In this document: piece after piece, positions 55,059 through 64,000 of the stretch
How positions within the stretch are numbered: position 1 is the first letter of the stretch
How the letters are laid out: each line of letters starts with the position of its first letter
Assembly: GCA_965217895.1 (NCBI GenBank)
Contig: CBDCJV010000002.1
Coordinates: 5,056,001-5,120,000, forward strand
Direction: 5' to 3'
Source of the DNA: Waterburya sp.
GTDB taxonomy: Bacteria; Cyanobacteriota; Cyanobacteriia; Cyanobacteriales; Xenococcaceae
Length of the DNA: 64,000 nucleotides
Notes under the pieces: model-generated
The model's database searches: none
Told to the model about the DNA's origin: nothing
Seen by the model: the letters and a program-made list of their open reading frames with translations, nothing else
Position numbers and translations under genes: made by a program

Positions 55059-55919
55059 CTAGAAAACTTTAAGATTAATTTGAGCCTGAAGATTGGAGCT
55101 AATCTTAACTCCATGCTGTACAGGAGTTACAGAACCTTCTACTGCTGCTGCATAGCTCGGTAAAGCACTAGCCGCCAAGGGAATATGGCGATCGCTAATT
55201 ACTAAGCCCAATGTAGGATCGTAACCTCGCCAGCCAGCCCCAGGTAAATACACTTCTACCCAAGCATGAAGATCTCTCGACTGTTGTTCAAGCTCGCCTT
55301 CTTGATAGCCACTAACGAATCTAGCAGCAATGCCTATAGTCCGACACACTTCCATAAATAAAACCGCATAATCGCGACAAGAGCCTTTCTTATTACGCCA
55401 GGTTATTCCTGCAGGATAAGGTTCTCCTGTGTCTCTAACAAAATATTCGCAGTCATTATATATACGCTGATTTAAAGTAAACAAAAAATCTAGAGTATTG
55501 CCTTGAGTAGCCATAACCAACTCTTGAGCTAATTCTAAAGCCGAATTATCAACAACAAAGCTATAGGAATGCAGATATGGCTTTAATTGCTTTAATAAAA
55601 AATTAGGATAGTCAAAAGGTAGAGTAGTCGCCCAAGGCTCAAGCATATAGGCAAAAGGATTGGTACAGCTAGTTTCTACTTTGGCTGTTGTCTGGATACT
55701 CAACTGTTGCGTTGAGTGATCGAACCATAGCTTTGTTAGATTATTGCCATCTAAATCGATAAAATCTGAGCTTCCCTGGCAGAAAGGTAATACCGATAAA
55801 GAAAAATTATGAAGTTGAGTAAAGCGATCGCTACGGGGACGCAACCTAAGCAGATGAGGTTTGAGAAAAACTGGTTGACTGTAACTGTAAGTTGTTTGAT
55901 GATTTATTTGATAGAGCAT
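55059..55919 (-). CDS. Bacterial transglutaminase-like protein
   Basis: N-terminal H.TTY.Y..PV...PH.LRL.P domain; catalytic GSCRDY, ARFVSGY, LHAWVEVY..GAGW.GYDPT. Confidence 0.92.
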   Translation of the reverse strand: MLYQINHQTTYSYSQPVFLKPHLLRLRPRSDRFTQLHNFSLSVLPFCQGSSDFIDLDGNNLTKLWFDHSTQQLSIQTTAKVETSCTNPFAYMLEPWATTLPFDYPNFLLKQLKPYLHSYSFVVDNSALELAQELVMATQGNTLDFLFTLNQRIYNDCEYFVRDTGEPYPAGITWRNKKGSCRDYAVLFMEVCRTIGIAARFVSGYQEGELEQQSRDLHAWVEVYLPGAGWRGYDPTLGLVISDRHIPLAASALPSYAAAVEGSVTPVQHGVKISSNLQAQINLKVF

Positions 55920-56868
55920 CTGACACATTGCCTAGAGCGAAAAAAGCAGTATGAATTTCGTTGCCTACCTGGTTGAGAGAACTTTGCATTTGTTCTAAAA
56001 ACTCATGTAAACCAGATTGAATAATATCTTCGATGGTTATATAGCCCAATTGAGAACATAATCTGCCTAAAGCTCTCTCTGCACCGTTACACCAATTACC
56101 AGTTGGAGTTTGCGTAATTTCATGGAGACATTGCTTTGTTTGCCAGAGACAAAAATGAATCGAGCGCGGAAATGTTCTATCCAAAACTAAAAACTCAGCT
56201 ACACTACTAGGAGTAATATAGTGCTGACACTTACGATACATTTCATAGGCACTAGCAGACTTTAATAAAGCCATCCATTGAATTCGATCTAAAGGAGTGC
56301 CTACCCATTCTGCTGAGGGCAATAGCAGAAAATATTTAACATCTAGAATACGAGTAGTTTTGTCGGCTCGTTCTAGCAGTCTACCCATTTGCCCAAAGTG
56401 CCATCCCTCATTATGAGACATAGTTGCATCCATAACTCCTGCAAAACGATGACTAGCCATTTTGATCTGGCTAAAAAACTTGGGTAAAGTGCTAAAAGAA
56501 GAAGCTGTAGCAGCCTCTTGAATCATCAGATAAAAGGAATTAACTTCTTCCCACATCTCCGAAGAAATTACCTCACGGATGGAGCGAGCATTTTCTCGTG
56601 CTTTTCTCAAACAAGAGATAATTGAGTTTTCATATTCTCGATCAAAAGCCAAAAATTGAATGACATTCTGGCTATTTATCTCGTCATAACGACTGTTGAA
56701 TAGTTCTATATCTCCTGTAACTGAAATCAGAGGTTTCCACTGGGGAGAGACTCCTGCGGGTAAATCTAACATCAAATTGAGATTGACATCGATAAAACGA
56801 GCTACGTTTTCTGCTCGTTCGATATAGCGATTTAACCAGTAAATTGAATCTGCAACGCGACTTAACAT
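55846..56868 (-). CDS. Alpha-E domain protein
   Basis: MLSRVADSIYW.NRYIERAEN, ARENAR..RE.IS.EMWE, GR.LERAD.T.RILD and FPRS motifs. Confidence 0.92.
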   Translation of the reverse strand: MLSRVADSIYWLNRYIERAENVARFIDVNLNLMLDLPAGVSPQWKPLISVTGDIELFNSRYDEINSQNVIQFLAFDREYENSIISCLRKARENARSIREVISSEMWEEVNSFYLMIQEAATASSFSTLPKFFSQIKMASHRFAGVMDATMSHNEGWHFGQMGRLLERADKTTRILDVKYFLLLPSAEWVGTPLDRIQWMALLKSASAYEMYRKCQHYITPSSVAEFLVLDRTFPRSIHFCLWQTKQCLHEITQTPTGNWCNGAERALGRLCSQLGYITIEDIIQSGLHEFLEQMQSSLNQVGNEIHTAFFALGNVSDALSNKSSNNLQLQSTSFSQTSSA

Positions 56869-56932
56869 GAAAAATAAATTTTTTTATCTTTTGAAAGATC
56901 ATTATTATGAATAAATATCAAGGAAAACTTCA

Positions 56933-57211
56933 TTAGTTTTCAATTTCCACCAGTCTACATTCATGGTTTTTAACAAAATCAGAAGTTAGCTCGATTGAGT
57001 CGTAGGTCGAAACTGCCCTAAGATCGAGAGAATGCCTTCTATCCATAAGCATTTCTCCTGCAATATTAACTGTTTGATGTTCTTTGTTATCAATTAGCAA
57101 CTGCATTTTGTTGTCTTTAAATAGTTTTTTTTGCCCTGTTATCGAACCTGCAAAAACAGTTTCTCCCGTTTGAAAGTGAAATATATCAAAAATCTTTATT
57201 TCAACGCTCAC
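56933..57211 (-). CDS. Small hypothetical protein, candidate immunity/partner protein
   Basis: 92-aa ORF; its GTG start overlaps the upstream TAG stop (TAGTG); beta-rich pattern. Confidence 0.6.
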   Translation of the reverse strand: MSVEIKIFDIFHFQTGETVFAGSITGQKKLFKDNKMQLLIDNKEHQTVNIAGEMLMDRRHSLDLRAVSTYDSIELTSDFVKNHECRLVEIEN

Positions 57212-57600
57212 TATTGCAATCCTTTGATATAGCTATTTTTCATAATTATAAGTGCTTTAATATCGTTGTTAGACAAACCTAGTATTTTTTGGTGTCTGAT
57301 CATAAATTCTTTGACATGAATTTCCGATTTGTAATTACCAAGCTTGTTAATGATACCTAGCTTATATTGTGTTCCATGGAGAAACTCTTCCAAAATTTCA
57401 ATTTTGAGAACATCAGGTCTAACAATAATATGATTAATGTTATTTGTATTAACACTAGCATTCGCGCCAAAAAAATCCAAAAGTTTGGCTTCATCAGACT
57501 CTGGTAGCGCAAAAACTATGATTTTCCCTTTTGCTTCTATCGATTGAAGCAGCTCTTTAGAAGCAACAGTATCGCCACGAGTCAAATCTGGCTGAAACAT
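57211..57600 (-). CDS. Hypothetical protein with a zincin-like EExxHxxQ..E motif (metallopeptidase-toxin-like domain)
   Basis: 129 aa with ILEEFLHGTQ..LG..SEIHVKEFMIRH; starts 22 nt after the ATP-grasp stop. Confidence 0.6.
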   Translation of the reverse strand: MFQPDLTRGDTVASKELLQSIEAKGKIIVFALPESDEAKLLDFFGANASVNTNNINHIIVRPDVLKIEILEEFLHGTQYKLGIINKLGNYKSEIHVKEFMIRHQKILGLSNNDIKALIIMKNSYIKGLQ

Positions 57601-57622
57601 TTAAATATCGCCTTGACTCAAT

Positions 57623-59062
57623 TTACCTCCCATTTAACACCCAGGTATCTTTGCTTCCTCCACCTTGGGAAGAGTTAACGACCAACGAGCCTTTTTTGAG
57701 GGCAACGCGGGTAAGTCCTCCAGGATGGACATAGATTTCCTCACCACGATGGAGAATATAGGGGCGTAAATCTACGTGCCTGCCTTCAACTTTGCCATCA
57801 ATTAGAGTTGGTACACGAGATAGGCTAAGGGTTGGTTGAGCAATATAGTTGCGGGGTTGAGCAATAATCTTTTGAGCAAATTCGGCTCTTTCTGCTTCCG
57901 TAGACATAGTGCCAATCAGCATTCCATAGCCACCAGCTTCATTAGCAGACTTAACTACTAGCTTATCTAAATTTTCTAAGACATAATTGCGATCGCTTTC
58001 TCGCCAACAAAGATACGTCGGTACATTAGCTAGTATTGGTTCTTCTCCTAAGTAATAACGGATCATCTCAGGAACATAGGCATAGACTACCTTATCATCC
58101 GCCACTCCTGTTCCAGGTGCGTTAGCCAAGGCGACTCGTCCCTGCTGATAGACTTGCATCAGTCCTGGTACTCCTAACATAGAATCAGGATTAAAAGCCC
58201 AAGGATCTAAAAAGTTGTCATCAATACGACGGTAGATTACATCCACACGGCGTAAACCCTTAGTGGTTTTCATCTGTAGATAGCCATCGGCTACCACTAA
58301 ATCTCTTCCTTCTACCAGTTCAATTCCCATCTGTTGTGCCAAAAAGGAATGTTCGTAATAGGCAGAGTTATAAATGCCAGGAGTTAGTACCACCACAGTT
58401 GGATCTGGTAACTGAGGCGGTGCAAGATTAAGCAGAGTTTCTAATAGCTGGCTAGGGTAGTCGTCCACAGGCTTGACCGTCATATCCTGAAAGATTTCGG
58501 GAAAGGTGCTTTTCATTACCCGTCTGTTTTCAAGGACATAGGAAACTCCAGAAGGCGATCGCAAATTGTCTTCTAAGACATACCACTCACCATCTTTGTC
58601 TCTAACTAGGTCTGTTCCTGTAATATGACACCAAACTCCTGCGGGGGCTTTTACGCCCAAACATGGTTTCAAAAAGCCTGAAGCGGTATAAATTATTTCA
58701 GCAGGAATTTTACCATCTTTAATTATTTTTTGCTCGCCATAAATATCATTAAGAAATAAATTTAAAGCCTGGATTCTTTGCTTTAATCCCTGTTCTAAAG
58801 TTTCCCATTCTTGAGCGTCAATAATGCGGGGAATAATATCAAAGGGAAATATTTTTTCTACCCCTTGAGTATCGTTATAGACATTGAAAGTAACTCCCAG
58901 TTTGAACAAGGCTATTTCTGCTGTTTGCCTCTGTTGCTCTAGCTGCTCAATTCCTAGCTCGCTCATGCGTTTAATTAAGGAAGCAGAATGCGATCGCGGT
59001 TTGCCCTGAGCTAAGAAAAGTTCATCATAAAAGTTTTCTGGGTCGTATGCTTCAAATGCCAT
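57623..59062 (-). CDS. Circularly permuted type 2 ATP-grasp protein
   Basis: [55 protein letters not shown] and [26 protein letters not shown] motifs. Confidence 0.93.
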   Translation of the reverse strand: MAFEAYDPENFYDELFLAQGKPRSHSASLIKRMSELGIEQLEQQRQTAEIALFKLGVTFNVYNDTQGVEKIFPFDIIPRIIDAQEWETLEQGLKQRIQALNLFLNDIYGEQKIIKDGKIPAEIIYTASGFLKPCLGVKAPAGVWCHITGTDLVRDKDGEWYVLEDNLRSPSGVSYVLENRRVMKSTFPEIFQDMTVKPVDDYPSQLLETLLNLAPPQLPDPTVVVLTPGIYNSAYYEHSFLAQQMGIELVEGRDLVVADGYLQMKTTKGLRRVDVIYRRIDDNFLDPWAFNPDSMLGVPGLMQVYQQGRVALANAPGTGVADDKVVYAYVPEMIRYYLGEEPILANVPTYLCWRESDRNYVLENLDKLVVKSANEAGGYGMLIGTMSTEAERAEFAQKIIAQPRNYIAQPTLSLSRVPTLIDGKVEGRHVDLRPYILHRGEEIYVHPGGLTRVALKKGSLVVNSSQGGGSKDTWVLNGR

Positions 59063-59190
59063 ATATCTTTCTTAATTAGTCTTGAAGCTAAATTATTTAG
59101 CCAGCCAATCTTAACCAAAATATAGCTGTTTGTAACTTAAAAATGTTCAATTTGAACTTTGTAATGTTGCTTAATAATGATAATTAACAA

Positions 59191-59955
59191 CTAATCAATA
59201 TAAATATCTTCTTCAGAATCAGTATCGACTTCCCACTCAATATCAGGCATAGCTTCAAAAGCTTGCTTAACAGATGTTTCCCACAGGTTACGAATTTTGG
59301 CGATATAGGGCGCACCCAGGCGTAATTCTAAAGTATTTTGCAGGTCAAAGCTATCAGTTTTGTACATAATCAAGTTAATCGGTGGTCCTACAGAAATATT
59401 TGACTTCATGGTTGAATCAATCGATAACAAGGCGCATTTTGCAGCATCTTCAAGAGCGGTATCGTAGGTTATCGTACGGTCTATAATCGGCTTGCCATAC
59501 TTTGTTTCGCCAATTTGCAAAAAAGGAGTTTCTTTGGTTGCCTGAATAAAATTACCTTGGGAATAAATCAAATATAATTGAGGAACTTCTCCTTTGATTT
59601 GTCCTCCCAGTAAAAAATTACAGCTACAGCTAATATTGTCTTTTTCTAGCCAAGGACGGTCTAATTCTTGAATTTCTCTGCTTTTACCACCAATGTAGGC
59701 AGCAATATCATACATAGTTGGCAAGGTGTGAAGATTATTTTCTGCTTGATTTTCAATATCTCGATTTAACCTGGTGATCACTCCCTGGGTTACTGAAAGG
59801 CTTCCAGAAGCACAGATAACAACTACTCTTTCTCCTGGTAAAGACAAATCGAATAGCTTTTTATAACTAGAAATATGATCGACTCCTGCATTAGTACGAG
59901 AGTCGCCAGCCATTACTATGCCAAATTGATTGATGATTCCCAGACAATAGGTCAT
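59191..59955 (-). CDS. Anbu proteasome-type Ntn protease
   Basis: MTYC (Thr nucleophile after Met removal), DSRTNAGVD, QIGETKYGKPI and SIDST.KSN.SVG.P motifs. Confidence 0.92.
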   Translation of the reverse strand: MTYCLGIINQFGIVMAGDSRTNAGVDHISSYKKLFDLSLPGERVVVICASGSLSVTQGVITRLNRDIENQAENNLHTLPTMYDIAAYIGGKSREIQELDRPWLEKDNISCSCNFLLGGQIKGEVPQLYLIYSQGNFIQATKETPFLQIGETKYGKPIIDRTITYDTALEDAAKCALLSIDSTMKSNISVGPPINLIMYKTDSFDLQNTLELRLGAPYIAKIRNLWETSVKQAFEAMPDIEWEVDTDSEEDIYID

Positions 59956-59982
59956 TGGTTGATTACTAGTTACTAATCTTCC

Positions 59983-61257
59983 TTAGTGTTTATCGCTTAT
60001 TGATTCTAAGTAATTAGCGATCGCTTTGGCAATCTCCTTTTTTCCCACTGCTTTTTGGGGTGGTTGGTTTTTTGTTACTAGATAAGCCACCTGCGCGCCT
60101 GTAGCTTGATGTTCTTCCCCACGGTTGGCTACTACCATCTGATAACCTTGTTGCAATCTAGTTTCGGCGATAGTGATTAATTCTGCATGGGAGATGTTTT
60201 CTTGATACTTAAAAGTGATCATGCCCAAGCTAGGATATTTGGCTTTTACTTCTTTAATTACCTTTTGAGTAGCTACTAAGTCAATTTTAGATAATGCCCC
60301 ACCGCTAGGGATTTTGCCTGAGTATACTTGAGCAGGTTTGTAGTCAGCAACCGCAGCCGAGAAGATTCCATAACGATAATTCTTTTGTAATTCCGTCATT
60401 ACCTCTGACAGATATTCATCGTAGCTATTAACTATTTGATGGGGGAGATAGCTGGGAGGAGTATAGCTGCCTTGTCCATGAATTAGTTTTACTTTTGCGC
60501 CTCGAAGATACAATTCTTCAGCGATGCAAGTGCCTAACCTGCCTGTAAAGCGATTAGTGAGACGACGTATATTATCTACAGGTACAGGGGTAGGTCCTCC
60601 TGTGACTAAAATAGGGATATCCTTGAGAGATGATAAACTAACTGCGCGACATACAGCCAAGGCGATCGCTTTTTCTTCGGGCAGATTGTTTTTACCATTA
60701 GCAATTTTGGGCGGGATAATCTTGACTCCCATTTGATTTAGCTGCTGTAGAGATTGAGTCAAAATAGAGTTGTGCAAACTACCGTGCATTGTCGGCGCAA
60801 TCAAAATTTGAGCTTTACCTTTTTCCATTCTGCCAATAGCTGAAGCCAAAGTAGAAGCAATGACACCATCAGCAATGCCTAACGCCATTTTATTGATGGT
60901 ATTATAGGTTGCAGGGGCGACTAAATAGGCCGCAAAAGGATTCTCATCGCTGAGGTGTTCGGCATTCGCGGTTAACTTGGTAACCACAGCATTAGTAGTA
61001 CTCCATTCCAAAGCATCAATAGTGGTGTATCTCAATGCTTCATTCGAGGCAAAAGCTACGACATCAGCCCCCTGACGGCGAAGAGTACGAGCAATTAAGG
61101 GAGCTTTCAGGGCTGCAATGCTACCTGTAACCAACAGGGCAATACGTTTATTTTGCAGATGATTTGATTCTAAAGTAACTTGGCGATCCGTAGGGGACGC
61201 GGTCGCGTAATCGCCCAATTCTGATTCTGGTGGCGGTTGAAAATCCCAATCGCTCAT
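59983..61257 (-). CDS. CoaBC/Dfp-like bifunctional flavoprotein (atypical)
   Basis: HFCD domain (VTGSIAA.K, VAPAT.NTINK.A.GIAD) plus CoaB-like domain (LVTGGPT..VD..R.L.N..TG..G, SAAVADY, VVAN). Confidence 0.8.
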   Translation of the reverse strand: MSDWDFQPPPESELGDYATASPTDRQVTLESNHLQNKRIALLVTGSIAALKAPLIARTLRRQGADVVAFASNEALRYTTIDALEWSTTNAVVTKLTANAEHLSDENPFAAYLVAPATYNTINKMALGIADGVIASTLASAIGRMEKGKAQILIAPTMHGSLHNSILTQSLQQLNQMGVKIIPPKIANGKNNLPEEKAIALAVCRAVSLSSLKDIPILVTGGPTPVPVDNIRRLTNRFTGRLGTCIAEELYLRGAKVKLIHGQGSYTPPSYLPHQIVNSYDEYLSEVMTELQKNYRYGIFSAAVADYKPAQVYSGKIPSGGALSKIDLVATQKVIKEVKAKYPSLGMITFKYQENISHAELITIAETRLQQGYQMVVANRGEEHQATGAQVAYLVTKNQPPQKAVGKKEIAKAIANYLESISDKH

Positions 61258-61284
61258 AATATCAAGATTTGTCTTTTATTCTTC

Positions 61285-61626
61285 TTAGATATTAAGCCTT
61301 CCCGTCGTAAATAACTGATATCCCCCTATAAAGCTAGCTAGGGAAAGAACAAATTGCCAAAGACTAGTTGGTTGTAAAATGGCTTTGCTACTGAAGAACA
61401 CGGCAATAATGCCAATGGCGATCGCAATTCCTGCCCAACTTTTAATACCGCGAGGTAGGATAAAAAACATTAACACTCCTGCGGTGAGAAAGAGAATAGA
61501 CGTATCGGCAGCAACTCCTCTCCACCAGTAAGGAGAAATGTTATTAGTAAAGTAAATATTTTGTCCTAAAAAATAAACTCCTAATAGCAATAAACCCAAT
61601 CCTAGCAACCTAGCAAATAATCTCAT
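61285..61626 (-). CDS. Small integral membrane hypothetical protein
   Basis: 113 aa with about four hydrophobic helices. Confidence 0.7.
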   Translation of the reverse strand: MRLFARLLGLGLLLLGVYFLGQNIYFTNNISPYWWRGVAADTSILFLTAGVLMFFILPRGIKSWAGIAIAIGIIAVFFSSKAILQPTSLWQFVLSLASFIGGYQLFTTGRLNI

Positions 61627-61956
61627 GTCAATATCAATTATGAAAAAACTCTAATTCTAGGTTGCCCAAATGCTGTTGCTTAAATAAAGAACATAGAAAA
61701 AATTGCTAAATTAATCTTGTCCATAATTAATTAGCGATCGCTTACTTTTTAGGTACAAGGCGATCGCTTTTAAATAGAGCAAAATACAGTGTCTAAAATA
61801 ACAACTGAAGATAATCAGAGTAAAATTTTTCTACAGTTAGTAAACTGACGAATACTAGATTATTAACTCTTAATTAACACACTTACTTTTGATAGTAACT
61901 ATACAGCCATGTTTTTAGAGTTTGGCTTAATTACAAATATCTCTTATAGTGTATAT

Positions 61957-62101
61957 ATAAACAAAATAAAGGATGTAGCAGACATACTCGACGAGATATG
62001 ACATCCCGTTACCCTTAATAGGGTCGAGGCTAGTCCGGTAAAGACGTTCTGAATACCAAAAGAAATTTTGGCGAAGGCCCCTTAAGGGGTCTTTGTTATT
62101 T
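61957..62101 (+). ncRNA. Candidate small RNA or structured leader, family not recognised
   Basis: -10-like TATAGT at 61945-61950, four consecutive hairpins ending in a GC-rich terminator-like stem with a T-rich tail, and no ORF. Confidence 0.5.
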
Positions 62102-62310
62102 GGGCTTAGGTAGCTCTTTACCTTTCAACAAATTATTAGCGGTAGATTTTTGATTTTGCAACCCCAAAATAAGAAGTACAAATGAATTAATTAGCCGTTA
62201 CTCTCTACAACTTAACAATTGCCAATTTTAGTAACATAAATTAATCTTTTTAGTCTTCGTTCTCAAAAAAATTAGGTTAAATTTAGAGGTGTCTTTTGAG
62301 GGATTGTCCA

Positions 62311-62577
62311 ATGAACTCTACACCGTCTACGCGCAAAAATAATTTAGCTAAATCCGAAGATCCGAATATGATATTTTTCGATCCGACTTTGATTAATGCA
62401 GCTAGAAACATCTATCGCAATTACTATAGCCAAGGCGTGCCAGCCAACAGCCAACCAATGGGAATCGTCATTAATCGAGATAGCCATAGAGGACAACTAG
62501 CATTTAAAAATAAGCCAGTGCTGTTGCCCAGAGAATGTTTTATTCCTATTAGACAAATCGAAGCTGATACTTATTGA
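62311..62577 (+). CDS. Hypothetical protein
   Basis: ORF co-oriented with and 50 nt upstream of pilD; ATG at 62311 after GAGGGA. Confidence 0.65.
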   Translation: MNSTPSTRKNNLAKSEDPNMIFFDPTLINAARNIYRNYYSQGVPANSQPMGIVINRDSHRGQLAFKNKPVLLPRECFIPIRQIEADTY

Positions 62578-62627
62578 AACTAGTCTTGTTAATTATTTAA
62601 TTATTATTATATTTGTACCGTTAAGCT

Positions 62628-63443
62628 ATGGAAACGCTGGTTACAGTAATCGCATTTAGTATTGCTTTTACTTTTGGTGCCTGTATTGGCAGTTTCCTAA
62701 ATGTAGTTATCTACCGTATTCCTGCGAGGATATCTTTAATACATCCCCCTTCTCGCTGTCCCCGTTGTCTTCATCAATTAGGTGTAACCGAAAATGTTCC
62801 CGTCTTTGGCTGGCTATGGCTTCGGGGGCGTTGTCGGTGGTGTAAAACTAAAATTTCTAGCCGTTATCCAATTGTTGAAGCTACCACGGGATTAATTTTT
62901 GCTTTGGTTTTCTGGCGGTTTGGCTACAGTATTGAAACTGTTGGCTATTGTGCTTTTTTAGCCTGGCTTCTGGCTTTATCTTTGATTGATTTAGACACCA
63001 TGACGTTACCTGCCGCCTTAACCAAGTCGGGTTTAGTTTTGGGGTTAGTATTTCAAGGGATTTTAGGCTGGCATCTGGCACAAGGGCGTGGGGTTGCTAA
63101 TCAACTAATGTTTGGGGTTGGTGGCTCAACTACAGGTATCTGGTTACTCGAAATTATTGCTTTGTTGGGTACAATTATGCTGGGACAACAGGCAATGGGT
63201 GATGGGGACGGAAAGCTAATGGCAACTATTGGGGCTTGGATTGGCTGGAAATATGTTTTAGTCTCTAGCTTTATCGCCTGTGGAGTTGGTTCAATTATTG
63301 GCGGTGGCGCGATCGCTTTAGGCATTATTAGCAAGAAACAACCCATGCCTTTTGGTCCTTTCTTGGCTTTGGGTGGGGCATTAAGTCTCTTTTTTGGCGA
63401 GGCAATTATTAATGCTTACGTTAATACTTTTTTCAACTTTTAG
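62628..63443 (+). CDS. pilD: Prepilin peptidase / N-methyltransferase
   Basis: GSFLNVVIYR.P, CPRC..CRWC, LIDLD, MGDGD.KL and PFGPFL motifs. Confidence 0.93.
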   Translation: METLVTVIAFSIAFTFGACIGSFLNVVIYRIPARISLIHPPSRCPRCLHQLGVTENVPVFGWLWLRGRCRWCKTKISSRYPIVEATTGLIFALVFWRFGYSIETVGYCAFLAWLLALSLIDLDTMTLPAALTKSGLVLGLVFQGILGWHLAQGRGVANQLMFGVGGSTTGIWLLEIIALLGTIMLGQQAMGDGDGKLMATIGAWIGWKYVLVSSFIACGVGSIIGGGAIALGIISKKQPMPFGPFLALGGALSLFFGEAIINAYVNTFFNF

Positions 63444-63697
63444 TTGATTGCTATTTGCAGCATATATAATAATTTTGATTTAGATACATATACAGTTGAT
63501 TAATTTAACTAACGTCGTAAAAGTATTTTCTCTGCCGTAATATCTAGTATAGCTTTTAAAGTAAAATATATTCAATCGTTACTATTACCGATACGCGGCA
63601 GAAAATATCAAGATTATAATAGTCGATTAAAGACTAATTGATATTTTAAATTAATAAGTTATTTACAAGATAAATATAAAGTAATTGGGAGATTTTA

Positions 63698-64000
63698 GTG
63701 TTAGAAAATGCCAGACATTTACAACAGCTTGCCCTGGGAAAAAATATTGATGTTAAACCAATAAGTCAAAAAGTTTCTAATAAGATTGCGCCTTAACAAA
63801 ACCCTTTAGTTGCAGGTTGGGATCCTCTAAAGGCAGCAGTCAAACTAGCTCATGCAAGAGGTATGGAATTGCACGCTTGGGTATGGACTTTTGCTGCGGT
63901 CAATCAACGTCATAATGAAATTCTTAATCTACCTCGCAACTATTTAGATCCTGTTTTAGCCAAACATCCTGATTGGGTAGCTACAGATAACGAAGGTAGT
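63698..64000 (+). pseudogene. Fragment of a family-10-like glycosyl hydrolase (GHL10/DUF187) with an in-frame stop; runs off the window edge
   Basis: Frame reads ..SNKIAP*QNPLVAGWDPLKAAVKLAHARGMELHAWVWTFAA..HPDW with TAA at 63794-63796; the upstream GH domain is missing. Confidence 0.65.

Noticed and set aside
61975..61987. NtcA box at GTAGCAGACATAC
   Set aside because: Spacing is GTA-N7-TAC, not the required N8, and it lies inside the predicted RNA hairpin.
63524..63607. Imperfect inverted repeat TATTTTCTCTGCCG..CGGCAGAAAATA
   Set aside because: Single occurrence with no target duplication or second copy in the window; too weak to call.

Overview
AT-rich cyanobacterial chromosome segment. 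Evidence: frequent HIP1 octamers GCGATCGC, split rpoC1/rpoC2, a Yfr2-like sRNA and tocopherol genes; the lineage is not determinable from this window. The housekeeping core is rpsT-tatD-rpoB-rpoC1-rpoC2, hisD, clpB, lepB, ferredoxin, DAHP synthase, cdd, prlC, hpt/vte1, nadD-nrtR and pilD. Accessory or unusual parts: (1) a type I restriction-modification operon whose hsdS has one in-frame amber stop exactly between its two target-recognition halves; (2) an Anbu protease / circularly permuted ATP-grasp / alpha-E / transglutaminase operon interrupted by an AT-rich, translationally coupled gene pair resembling a metallopeptidase-toxin/immunity module, and preceded by an atypical CoaBC-like gene; (3) several miniature inverted-repeat elements, two with perfect 6-bp target duplications, and a GC-rich repeat inserted in-frame in a histidine kinase; (4) an unnamed four-hairpin candidate sRNA upstream of the pilD locus; (5) a UbiA-MocA-SufU gene trio. 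No CRISPR array, rRNA, tRNA or intact transposase was seen. All family assignments come from motif recognition by eye, not from database searches.
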